A stretch of DNA of 64,000 bases from Acidimicrobiales bacterium (GTDB taxonomy: Bacteria > Actinomycetota > Acidimicrobiia > Acidimicrobiales > AC-14), in NCBI GenBank assembly GCA_035540095.1, contig DATLHA010000109.1, forward strand, positions 2,263-66,262, given 5' to 3'. Within the stretch, counting starts at the first letter, position 1. The number at the start of each line of letters is the position of its first letter. Shown here piece by piece: positions 35,880 through 44,038 of this stretch. The position numbers were made by a program, and so were the translations under genes. Below the pieces are notes generated by a model. That model did not search any database. It was not told the DNA's origin and was given only the letters and a program-made list of their open reading frames with translations.

Positions 35880-36959
35880 CTAGTGCCCCGCCGGCAACCG
35901 GAGGGTGAACGTCGACCCTATGCCCTCCTCGGAGGCCACCAGCACATCGCCCCCGTGGTTGGTGGCGACGTGGCGCACGATCGACAGCCCCAGCCCGGAG
36001 CCGCCGGTCTCGCGGCTACGGGCCCGGTCGACCCGGTAGAAACGCTCGAAGATGCGTTCGAGATCCTTCGCCGGGATGCCGATGCCGCTGTCGCGCACCA
36101 CCACGTCGACCCATCCGCCGGCGGCGCTGGTCTCCACCTCGACCGTCGAGCCCCTGTCGGAGTACTTCATCGCGTTCTCCAGGAGGTTGGCGACGGCGGA
36201 CACCAACTGGCGCTCGTCGCCGCGGACGGCCGCGCCGGCCGGTCCCGGTTCGCTGACCACATCCACGCCGAGCTGTTGGGCCCGCGGGTCCACCCGCTCC
36301 ACGGCGGCGGCCACGATCGCGCCCACGTCGATCGGTCCCGCCTCGCCGGCGCCGCCCGCTTCGATGCGCGACAGGTCGAGCAGCCCGTCGATCAACCGCC
36401 CCGCCCGCTCGGCTTCGTTGGTGATGCGCGACGCCAGCCGGCGCATGACCTCCGGATCCGACTCGTCGGCCAGCGTCTCGGCCAGCACGCCCATCGCACC
36501 CACCGGCGTGCGCAGCTCGTGGCTGACGTTGGCGATGAAGTCCCGGCGTACCGCTTCCAGTCGGCGCAGCTCGCTGACGTCGTCGACAAGGACGACGGTG
36601 CCGAGGGGCCGGTCGCTGCTCCCCATGGGGGTCCCGGTGACCTCGAGCGTGCGAGGCGGTGGGCCGTGCAGGTCGAGGGTCTGCATCACGGGGCGGATCC
36701 CGCCGCCGGCGGCAACCACCTCTTCGATCGCCCGGTTCACCAGGGCGCCGGCATGGCGGACTCCGTCGACGTCGTGGCTGCGCCTGTTCCGGAGCACCAC
36801 GCCACCGGCGGCGTCGCAGACGACCACCGCGTGGGGGAGTGCCTCGATGGCCGCCCGCAGGCGCGCCGCCTCGGCCGTGGCCTGTTCCAGCCGCTCCTCG
36901 AGTTCCGCCGAGCGGCGGGCGGCCTCGGCCAGGTCCTCGACCAGTCGCTGCTTTCTCAT
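35880..36959 (-). CDS. senX3: PAS-containing sensor histidine kinase (SenX3/PhoR-like), no obvious TM segment
   Basis: ORF 35880..37067(-) trimmed to ATG 36959. H-box RRDFIANVSHELRTPVGAM, N/G boxes LLENAMKYS, DSGIGIP, GGSGLGLSIV; 359 aa. Stop is 11 nt before the phoU start. Confidence 0.8.
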   Translation of the reverse strand: MRKQRLVEDLAEAARRSAELEERLEQATAEAARLRAAIEALPHAVVVCDAAGGVVLRNRRSHDVDGVRHAGALVNRAIEEVVAAGGGIRPVMQTLDLHGPPPRTLEVTGTPMGSSDRPLGTVVLVDDVSELRRLEAVRRDFIANVSHELRTPVGAMGVLAETLADESDPEVMRRLASRITNEAERAGRLIDGLLDLSRIEAGGAGEAGPIDVGAIVAAAVERVDPRAQQLGVDVVSEPGPAGAAVRGDERQLVSAVANLLENAMKYSDRGSTVEVETSAAGGWVDVVVRDSGIGIPAKDLERIFERFYRVDRARSRETGGSGLGLSIVRHVATNHGGDVLVASEEGIGSTFTLRLPAGH

Positions 36960-37079
36960 CGGCGCCACCCAGCGTAGGGCGACGTCCGTCGGTGTTCGAG
37001 GAGCCCTACGGCACCTCCCCAACGCCTCCGTCACCGACGGAACATGCTCTTCGCCCCCGGACGCCACCGCCGGCCGTCC

Positions 37080-40000
37080 CTAGGCGCCGCGCTCGGCCAG
37101 GGCCGGCGGGCCGCCCTCGAAGGCGCGCCACATCGCCGCGTAGCGCCCGCCGCCGGCCAGCAGATCCTCGTGGGTGCCCTCCTCGACGACCCTGCCCTCG
37201 TCGACGACGACGATCCGGTCGGCCCCCTTCGCCGTCTGCAGCCGGTGGGCGATCAGCAGGGTCGTCCTTCCCTCGGCCACCGCCCCCATGGCCCGGGTGA
37301 CGCGGGCCTCGCTGGCCAGGTCCAGTGTCGACGTGGCCTCGTCGAGCAGGAGGATGGCGGGGTCGACCAGGCGGGCGCGCGCCAGGGCGATGAGCTGGCG
37401 CTGGCCGGCGGACAGCGACCGGCCCCGCTCCGTCACCGGGTGCAGGTAGCCGCCGGCCAGGCCGGCGATGAAGGGGTGGGCGCCGACGGCGCGGGCCGCC
37501 TCTTCGACCTCGGCGTCGGTGGCGTCGGGCCTCCCGTAGGCGATGTTGTCGCGCACGGTGCCCGAGAACAGGAACGCCTCCTGAGGGACATACCCGAGCT
37601 GGCGGCGGTAGGCGCCGAGGTCGAGGCCGGTGAGGGGGTGGCCGTCGACCAGGACCCGGCCGGCGGTGGGGTCGTAGAAGCGGGCCAGCAGCTTGAGGAC
37701 CGTGGACTTGCCGGCGCCCGTCTCGCCCACGAGGGCGACGGACTCTCCGGGCGCGATGTCGAGGTCGACGCCGGTCAGGGCCTCCTCGACCACACCGGGA
37801 TAGCTGAAGCGGACCTGCTCGAAGCGGATCGCCCCTCGGAGGCGGCCGGGATCGACCGGCGACGCCGGCTCCTCCACCGACGGGTCGACCCTCAGCAGCC
37901 TCTCGATCTGGTTCACCGACGCCCGGGCCTGCTGGTAGGTGTCGAAGACCTGCGACAGCTGCTGGATGGGGGCGAAGAGCAGGTTGAGGTAGAGCAGGAA
38001 CGCCACCAGCTCGCCGGAGGTCAGGCCCCCGCCGCCGATGAGGCCGGCACCGACGCCGAGCACGACCGCAGCTGCGATCTCCGACAGCATCTCCACGAAC
38101 GGGAAGTAGGTGGCGACGAGGCGCTGGGCCCGCATGCGGGCGTCGAGGTGCCCCTTGGACACCTCACGGAACTGCTCGATGTTGCGCTCCTGGCGGCCGT
38201 AGGCCTGGGCCACGCGCACGCCGGAGACGCTCTCCTGAAGGTTGGCGTTCACCGTGCCGATGCGCTCGCGCGCCGCGCCGTAGGCCTGGTTCGACATGCG
38301 CCGGAACCAAACGGTCGCCACCGCCAGCGGCACCAGCACCGTGTAGGTGGCCAGCGACAGCGCCGGGTTCATGACCACCAGGACGACCGCCACCCCGACC
38401 AGGGTCAGCAGGCTGACGATGGCTTGGATGAGACCGTTCTGCAGCAGGGTCGACAGCGACTCCACGTCGGTGGTCATGCGGGTCATGATCCGGCCCGCCA
38501 TCTCCCGCTCGTAGAAGTCCATCCCCAGCCGCTGGAGGTGGGCGAAGATGCGGATCCGCAGGGCGAACAGCAACCGCTCGGCGGTCCGCCCCGTGTAGCG
38601 CTGTTGAGCCCAGACCACGACCCAGTCGGTGAGCACCACGCCGGCGAAAACGGCCGTCGTCAGCCACAGCTCGCGTGGGGAGCCGGCCACCACGCCGCGG
38701 TCGAGCCCGCGCCGCACCAGGGCGGGGCCGGCGAGGTTGGCCACGGCGTCGAGGACGACGAGGGCCATGCCGAGGGCCAGGGGCAGCCGGTAGGGGCGGA
38801 TGAACCGGCCGAGGGTGAAGTCCCGTGTTCGCCTCGACTCACGGGCCACGTCGATGTCGGGGCGGTCGATGGCGGGCGGCAGGGCCGCCACCGCGTCCAG
38901 CAGCTCCGGCGTGGCCGACACCATGGCCATGCGGTCGCCGTGGCCGCCCCCCGGGCCGCTCGCGGCCGCCACCTCGACCCGCGCCTTGGGCGCCTCGCCG
39001 ACCCCGGCCCACGCCACGGGCGTCACGCCACCGGCCGGCGCCGGCGACTCCTCCTCCTCGCCGGTGAGGTCCTCGATGCCGGCGCCGGGGCCGGCCAGCA
39101 GGAGGCGGTACAGCCGGCAGCGGGCCATCAGCTCGTCGTGGGTGCCGGTGTCCACCACCCGGCCGGCGTCGACCACGGCGATGCGGTCGGCCAGGCGCAG
39201 CGTCGAGCGCCGGTGGGCGACGAGCAGGGTGGTCCGGCCCTGCATGAGCCGGTGGAGGGTGGCGTGGATGCCCTCCTCGGTGCGGGCGTCGACGGCAGAG
39301 GTGGCGTCGTCGAGCACGAGCACCCGGGGATCGGTGAGCAGGGCTCGGGCCAGGGCCAGCCGCTGGCGCTGGCCGCCCGAGAGGTTCAGCCCGCCCTCGC
39401 CGAGCCGGGTGTCGTACCCCTCGGGCATGGCCATGACGAACTCGTGGGCCTCGGCGGCGCGGGCGGCGGCGACCACCTCGTCCTCGGTGGCGTCGGGGCG
39501 GCCGTAGGCGATGTTGGCCCGCACGGTGTCGGAGAACAGGAACGACTCCTCGAACACCACGCCGATCTGCCGGCGAAGCGAGTCGAGGGTGACGTCGCGA
39601 ACGTCCACGCCGTCGAGGCCGACGCTGCCGGACTGGACCTCGTAGAAGCGGGGGAGCAGGAGGGACACCGTCGACTTGCCCGATCCGGACGGGCCGACCA
39701 GGGCGACGGTCTCGCCCGGCGCCACCCTCAGCGAGAAGCCCCGCAGCACCGGCTCGGACCGCAGGTAGCCGAAGGTGACTTCGTCGAAGACGACCTCGCC
39801 GGCAACCGCCGGCAACTCGACGGCGTCGGGGTGCTCGACGACGACCGGCGTGGAGTCGAGCAGCTCGAAGATGCGCTCGGCGCCGGCCCGGGCCTGTTGG
39901 GCGACAACCGTGAGCACCGACAGCATCCGCACCGGCCCGACCATCTGGAACAGGTAGGTCGAGAAGGCGACGAAGGTGCCGAGGCTGATCCGGCCCTCCA

Positions 40001-40796
40001 GGGCCAGCCAGCCGCCGAAGGCCAGCACCGCCACCTGGCCCAGCGCCGGCACCGCCTGCAACGTCGACCCGTAACGGGCCTGGATGCGCAGGGCCCGCAG
40101 CCGGGAGGCGAACAGGTCCTCCGCCGACGCCGCCAGCCGGTCCAGCTCCCGGGCCTCCTGGCCGAACCCCTTCACCACCCGCACGCCCGAGACCGCCTCG
40201 TCGACCACGCCGGCGACCTCGGCGGCGCGCTGCTGGGCGTCCCAGGCGGCCGGGAACACGGTGTCGCGCAGGCGGATGGCGATCCACAGGATCGCCGGCA
40301 CCACCACCATGCTCACGACGGTCAGCAGTGGCGACAGCACCGCCATCACGCCGAGGGAGAGGACGACCATCACGAGGTTGCCGCTGGCCAGGGGCAGGAA
40401 GGCGAGCATGCTCTGGACGAGGCCGACGTCGGAGCCGGCGCGGGAGACCAGCTGGCCGGTCTGGAAGTCGTCGTGGCGGGCGAAGTCCAGGCGTTGCAGG
40501 CGCTCGTAGATGGCGTTGCGCAGGTCGAACTGGACGCTGAACGCAACCCGGCCGCCGACGAAGCGCCGGACGTGGGCGACGGCGAAGCGGAACACGCCGG
40601 CCGCCACCAGCAGGGCCAGCCACGGCGCCAGGGGCCGGCGACGCTCGAGGATGACGTCGTCGATGATCACCTTCTGGATCACCGGCGTGAAGGCCGACAC
40701 CGTCATGCCGAGCACGGCCACACCGAAGGCGGTGACGACGTCGGCCCGGTGGGCCATGAGGTACGGCCACAGCCGGCGGATCCAGCCCCGGGACAT
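37080..40796 (-). CDS. fused full-length ABC exporter (TMD-NBD-TMD-NBD in one 1238-aa polypeptide)
   Basis: ORF track. Two Walker A sites (GPSGSGKST, GETGAGKST), two signatures (LSGGQRQRLALARAL, LSAGQRQLIALARA), two 6-TM blocks. TACTCT-N6-ATG upstream. Confidence 0.88.
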   Translation of the reverse strand: MSRGWIRRLWPYLMAHRADVVTAFGVAVLGMTVSAFTPVIQKVIIDDVILERRRPLAPWLALLVAAGVFRFAVAHVRRFVGGRVAFSVQFDLRNAIYERLQRLDFARHDDFQTGQLVSRAGSDVGLVQSMLAFLPLASGNLVMVVLSLGVMAVLSPLLTVVSMVVVPAILWIAIRLRDTVFPAAWDAQQRAAEVAGVVDEAVSGVRVVKGFGQEARELDRLAASAEDLFASRLRALRIQARYGSTLQAVPALGQVAVLAFGGWLALEGRISLGTFVAFSTYLFQMVGPVRMLSVLTVVAQQARAGAERIFELLDSTPVVVEHPDAVELPAVAGEVVFDEVTFGYLRSEPVLRGFSLRVAPGETVALVGPSGSGKSTVSLLLPRFYEVQSGSVGLDGVDVRDVTLDSLRRQIGVVFEESFLFSDTVRANIAYGRPDATEDEVVAAARAAEAHEFVMAMPEGYDTRLGEGGLNLSGGQRQRLALARALLTDPRVLVLDDATSAVDARTEEGIHATLHRLMQGRTTLLVAHRRSTLRLADRIAVVDAGRVVDTGTHDELMARCRLYRLLLAGPGAGIEDLTGEEEESPAPAGGVTPVAWAGVGEAPKARVEVAAASGPGGGHGDRMAMVSATPELLDAVAALPPAIDRPDIDVARESRRTRDFTLGRFIRPYRLPLALGMALVVLDAVANLAGPALVRRGLDRGVVAGSPRELWLTTAVFAGVVLTDWVVVWAQQRYTGRTAERLLFALRIRIFAHLQRLGMDFYEREMAGRIMTRMTTDVESLSTLLQNGLIQAIVSLLTLVGVAVVLVVMNPALSLATYTVLVPLAVATVWFRRMSNQAYGAARERIGTVNANLQESVSGVRVAQAYGRQERNIEQFREVSKGHLDARMRAQRLVATYFPFVEMLSEIAAAVVLGVGAGLIGGGGLTSGELVAFLLYLNLLFAPIQQLSQVFDTYQQARASVNQIERLLRVDPSVEEPASPVDPGRLRGAIRFEQVRFSYPGVVEEALTGVDLDIAPGESVALVGETGAGKSTVLKLLARFYDPTAGRVLVDGHPLTGLDLGAYRRQLGYVPQEAFLFSGTVRDNIAYGRPDATDAEVEEAARAVGAHPFIAGLAGGYLHPVTERGRSLSAGQRQLIALARARLVDPAILLLDEATSTLDLASEARVTRAMGAVAEGRTTLLIAHRLQTAKGADRIVVVDEGRVVEEGTHEDLLAGGGRYAAMWRAFEGGPPALAERGA

Positions 40797-40802
40797 CAGG
40801 CG

Positions 40803-40808
40803 AGAGTA
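40803..40808 (-). promoter_or_regulatory. -10-like TACTCT, N6 before the fused ABC exporter ATG
   Basis: Minus strand TACTCT cgcctg ATG. Confidence 0.4.
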
Positions 40809-41004
40809 CGGCCGGCGGTCAGGCTACGGGCACGAGCCCCTCGGCGGGGTCGTCGCCGACGCTGGAGGTCGGCCAGCGCCGGTCCGAGTCGGCCTGGGTG
40901 TGGGGGCGGAGAGCGATCATGAGGTGCCGCCCGCCACTTCGCAGAGTGACGGCCCGGTAGACCTCGACGTCGCCCCCTTGGCCGGCTTCCCCAGCTGACG
41001 AAAT

Positions 41005-41010
41005 TACAGT
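41005..41010 (+). promoter_or_regulatory. -10-like TACAGT, N7 before ATG 41018 of the acyl-CoA synthetase
   Basis: TACAGT gctgccc ATG. Suggests the real start is 41018 rather than GTG 41009. Confidence 0.4.
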
Positions 41011-42436
41011 GCTGCCCATGCCTTGTCCGGGTGCGCCGGCCGTCATCGAGAACGGCGTCGTCACGACGTGGGGCGAGCTGGAGGCTGCCGTCGAGCGGAT
41101 CGCCGCCGGCCTGGCCACCCTCGGGCTGCGCGCCGGCGACCGGGCCGTGTGGTGCGGGCCGAACAGCACCGAGGTGGTCGTGCTGATCCACGCCTTCCGC
41201 CGCCTGGGCCTGGTTTCGGTGCCCATGCCGTACCGGCTCACCGCCGGCGAGGCCGCACATGTCCTCGCCGACAGCGGGGCGGTGGCGGCCGTGGTCGACC
41301 CTGCGTATGCAGCCCTGGCTCCGGGCGCCCTGACCTTCGAGGAGGTGGCCGAGGCCGGCGCCGGCTCCCATCCGCCGGCCGCGGCCGGCGACGGGGCGAC
41401 CATGCTCTACACCTCGGGCACCACCGGCCGGCCCAAGGGTGCGGTGCGCCGGCCGTCGGATCCGGCCCTGACCGCGGCGCTGCTGGCCGAGCTGGGCTTC
41501 GCCCCCGGCGAGGTCCACCTCGTCACCGGGCCGCTGTACCACGCCGGCCCCCACGCCTTCGCCCTGCTGACCCACCGCATCGGCGGCACGCTGGTCGTCA
41601 GCCGCCGGTTCGACGCCGGCCAGTGGGCCGGCCTTGCCGCCCGCCACGAGGTGACGTCGGCATTCGTGGCCCCCATCCACCTCAAGCGCATCGTTGCCCT
41701 GCCCGGCGACGTCGAGCTGCCGTCGATGCGGGCTCTCGTGGTCAACGCCGCCCCGGTGCCCTACGCCCTGAAGCGGGAGGTCATCGCCCGGCTGGGGGAG
41801 GGGTTCCTCTACGAGGTCTACGGCTCGACGGAGCTGGGGATCGCCACGGTGCTCCGCCCCCAGGACCAGTTGCGCAAGCCCGGCTCGTGCGGGCGCCCCT
41901 ATGGGGGCGTGGGATTGCGGGTGGTCGACGAGGACGGCAGGGACGTGCCCGCCGGCGTCGCCGGGGAGCTCTTCATCCGTTCGGCCAACGCCATGGCCGG
42001 CTACCACCGCTCGACACAGCAGCTGGCCGAGCTGCCGGGTGGCTGGAAGTCGGTCGGCGACGAGGCCTGGCTGGACGGCGAGGGCTACCTCCACATCTGC
42101 GACCGGCGTACCGACATGGTCATCACCGGTGGCATGAACGTCTACCCGGCCGAGGTGGAGGCCGCCCTGCAGGCCCATGCCGACGTCGCCGACGCCGCGG
42201 TGTTCGGCGTGGCCGACGAGGAGTGGGGCGAGCGTGTCCATGCCGTCGTGGTGCCCCGTCCCGGTGCGGAGGTCGACTCTGGCGCTCTCGAGGCCTTCCT
42301 GGCGGAGCAGCTGGCGGGCTTCAAGCGGCCGCGATCATGGTCGTTCCGTGACGAGCTCCCCCGCACCGAGAGCGGCAAGCTGCTCAAGCGGGTGCTGCGG
42401 GCTGAGCACGAGGCTCGGGAGCCGGCGCGCACATGA
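41009..42436 (+). CDS. AMP-dependent acyl-CoA synthetase
   Basis: ORF track 475 aa: MLYTSGTTGRPKGAV, YGSTELG, GELFIRSANAMAGYH, GDEAWLDGEGYLHICDRRTDMVITGGMNVYPAEVE, RTESGKLLK. ATG 41018 is an alternative leaderless start (TACAGT-N7-ATG). Confidence 0.85.
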   Translation: MLPMPCPGAPAVIENGVVTTWGELEAAVERIAAGLATLGLRAGDRAVWCGPNSTEVVVLIHAFRRLGLVSVPMPYRLTAGEAAHVLADSGAVAAVVDPAYAALAPGALTFEEVAEAGAGSHPPAAAGDGATMLYTSGTTGRPKGAVRRPSDPALTAALLAELGFAPGEVHLVTGPLYHAGPHAFALLTHRIGGTLVVSRRFDAGQWAGLAARHEVTSAFVAPIHLKRIVALPGDVELPSMRALVVNAAPVPYALKREVIARLGEGFLYEVYGSTELGIATVLRPQDQLRKPGSCGRPYGGVGLRVVDEDGRDVPAGVAGELFIRSANAMAGYHRSTQQLAELPGGWKSVGDEAWLDGEGYLHICDRRTDMVITGGMNVYPAEVEAALQAHADVADAAVFGVADEEWGERVHAVVVPRPGAEVDSGALEAFLAEQLAGFKRPRSWSFRDELPRTESGKLLKRVLRAEHEAREPART

Positions 42437-43827
42437 GGGCCCGTGTCCTGCTGCTGGTCGTCGGGCTGCTGCTGCCGATCGACGCGGTGGCCGCCCAGGA
42501 GCCGGCCCCGCCGGCACCGGCAGCCGCCCCCTTGGCCACGCCGGTCCTCAGCGCGCGCCGGGTGCCGGCGCTGCTGTCCCGGTTCGCGGCGGAGACCCGC
42601 CTCCGGACCGACCTCGACCGGATCATGACCGACCCCGCCTACGGGGGCGCCCGTGACCGGTCGTGCCTGGTCGTCGGTGATCCCGGCGGCGGCACCGTCC
42701 ACTACTCCCGCCAGCCGACGCTGGGCCTCATTCCGGCGTCGACCCTCAAACTCCTGACCTCCGCCGCGGCCTTGAACCAGCTGGGCGCCGACCACCGCTT
42801 CACGACCGACGTCCGGGCCGGCGGCCCGCCGGCGGCCGACGGGGCGGTGGGCGACCTCTACCTGGTCGGGGGCGGTGACGCGCTGCTGTCGACCGCCGAG
42901 TTCGCGTCCGACGGCGGCTACCAGGGCCAGCGCCGCCGGTTCACCTCTATCGAGGCGCTGGCCGACAAGGTGGTCGCCGCCGGCGTGCGCCGGGTGGGCC
43001 GCCTGCTCGGCGACGAGAGCCGCTACGACAGCGAGCGGCTGGTCCCCAGCTGGAACCCCCGGTACATCGCCAACTTCGACATCAGCCCCCTGTCGGCCCT
43101 GGTCGTCAACAAAGCGTTCACCCAGAACAACCCGCCGGCCACCGCCGTCTCGCCGCCGGCGCACGCGGCGTCGGTGCTGGCCGGCCTGCTGCGGGCCCGG
43201 GGGGTCACCGTGGGCGACACCGGGGCGGCGAAAGCGCCGGCCAACACGGTTAGGGTGACCTCGATCGAGTCGCCGCCCCTCAGCGACGTCGTCGCCGAGG
43301 TTCTGGAGAACAGCGACAACCTGGCCGCCGAGCTGCTGGTCAAGGAGCTGGCGACCAAGCCGGGCGTGCCCGGGTCGACCAACGCCGGCCTCGCCATCGT
43401 CGAGGAACGGCTGCGCCAGATGGCCGGCGTGTCCCCCGAGGAGGTCGACGCGGTCGACGGCTCGGGCCTGGACCGCAACGACAGGACGAGCTGCTCGGTG
43501 CTGCAGCGGGTGGTGGCCACCGGCCCCCCACAGCTCAACGACGGCCTTCCCATCGCCGGGCGCAACGGCACCCTGTGGCGGCGCTTCATCGGGACGCCGG
43601 CGGCCGGGAGGGTCCGGGCGAAGACCGGGTCGCTGGAGGGCGTCGTGGGCCTGAGCGGACTGGCCACCGGCCAGAACGGGCGCAACGTCGCCTTCTCCCT
43701 CATCGCCAACGACCTGCCCAGCTCCTCGGCCGGAGCCGGCCTCCAGGACCGGATCGTGAGCGTGCTGGCGACCTTCCCCCGGGCGCCGGCGCCCGAGGAG
43801 CTGGGGCCCAGACCCCTGCCGGGATGA
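42433..43827 (+). CDS. dacB: D-alanyl-D-alanine carboxypeptidase/endopeptidase (PBP4, S13 family)
   Basis: ORF track 464 aa. Signal peptide; SxxK (ASTLKL), SxN (NSDN), KTG (RAKTGSL). ATG overlaps the upstream stop (ATGA). Confidence 0.85.
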   Translation: MRARVLLLVVGLLLPIDAVAAQEPAPPAPAAAPLATPVLSARRVPALLSRFAAETRLRTDLDRIMTDPAYGGARDRSCLVVGDPGGGTVHYSRQPTLGLIPASTLKLLTSAAALNQLGADHRFTTDVRAGGPPAADGAVGDLYLVGGGDALLSTAEFASDGGYQGQRRRFTSIEALADKVVAAGVRRVGRLLGDESRYDSERLVPSWNPRYIANFDISPLSALVVNKAFTQNNPPATAVSPPAHAASVLAGLLRARGVTVGDTGAAKAPANTVRVTSIESPPLSDVVAEVLENSDNLAAELLVKELATKPGVPGSTNAGLAIVEERLRQMAGVSPEEVDAVDGSGLDRNDRTSCSVLQRVVATGPPQLNDGLPIAGRNGTLWRRFIGTPAAGRVRAKTGSLEGVVGLSGLATGQNGRNVAFSLIANDLPSSSAGAGLQDRIVSVLATFPRAPAPEELGPRPLPG

Positions 43828-43984
43828 GCGGCCCGGGAGGCCCGTCGGCGTGGCCGTCCTGGGCGTGCCCACCTCGGCTCGGGTCCTGACCGACGTGCTG
43901 CCCACCTGGGAGCCCTACGGCGAGAGCGCTCTGCTGCTCGTGCTCCGGGACTGGCGCCGGATGTACACCGCCGGCGAGTACGGC

Positions 43985-44020
43985 CGGAGGGCCGGCGCCA
44001 TTCGAGGCTCCGGCCCTCCG
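43985..44020. terminator. bidirectional terminator-like hairpin between convergent dacB and the FtsX permease
   Basis: Perfect 11-bp stem CGGAGGGCCGG / CCGGCCCTCCG with a 14-nt loop. No clear U-tract. Confidence 0.5.
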
Positions 44021-44038
44021 TGCCACGTCCCGGCCGGC

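Noticed and set aside
40819-40920. A 33-codon minus-strand uORF (MIALRPHTQADSDRRWPTSSVGDDPAEGLVPVA) just upstream of the fused ABC exporter.
   Set aside because: It has no SD. The exporter appears to have a leaderless-type promoter downstream of it (TACTCT at 40803-40808), which would exclude the uORF from the transcript.
37044-40922. A 1292-aa plus-strand ORF, and many other long ORFs in the track: 152..1453, 3314..4765, 5161..7524(-), 15244..16686, 17528..19309, 17634..19334(-), 20493..22181, 22406..24406, 32479..34068, 43850..45574, 44862..46568(-), 49532..50863, 55444..57039(-), 56873..58951, 60898..62496(-).
   Set aside because: Their products are Arg/Gly/Pro/His-rich low-complexity strings. 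Each lies antisense to, or out of frame with, a gene that has clear family motifs. Stop-free shadow frames are expected at this GC content.
43883-43984. A plus-strand frame VLTDVLPTWEPYGESALLLVLRD... resembling the N-terminus of PxpB/KipI-type proteins, just after dacB.
   Set aside because: There is no credible RBS or start. The frame runs straight into the antisense of the FtsX permease, and only about 20 residues are suggestive. At most it is a decayed remnant.
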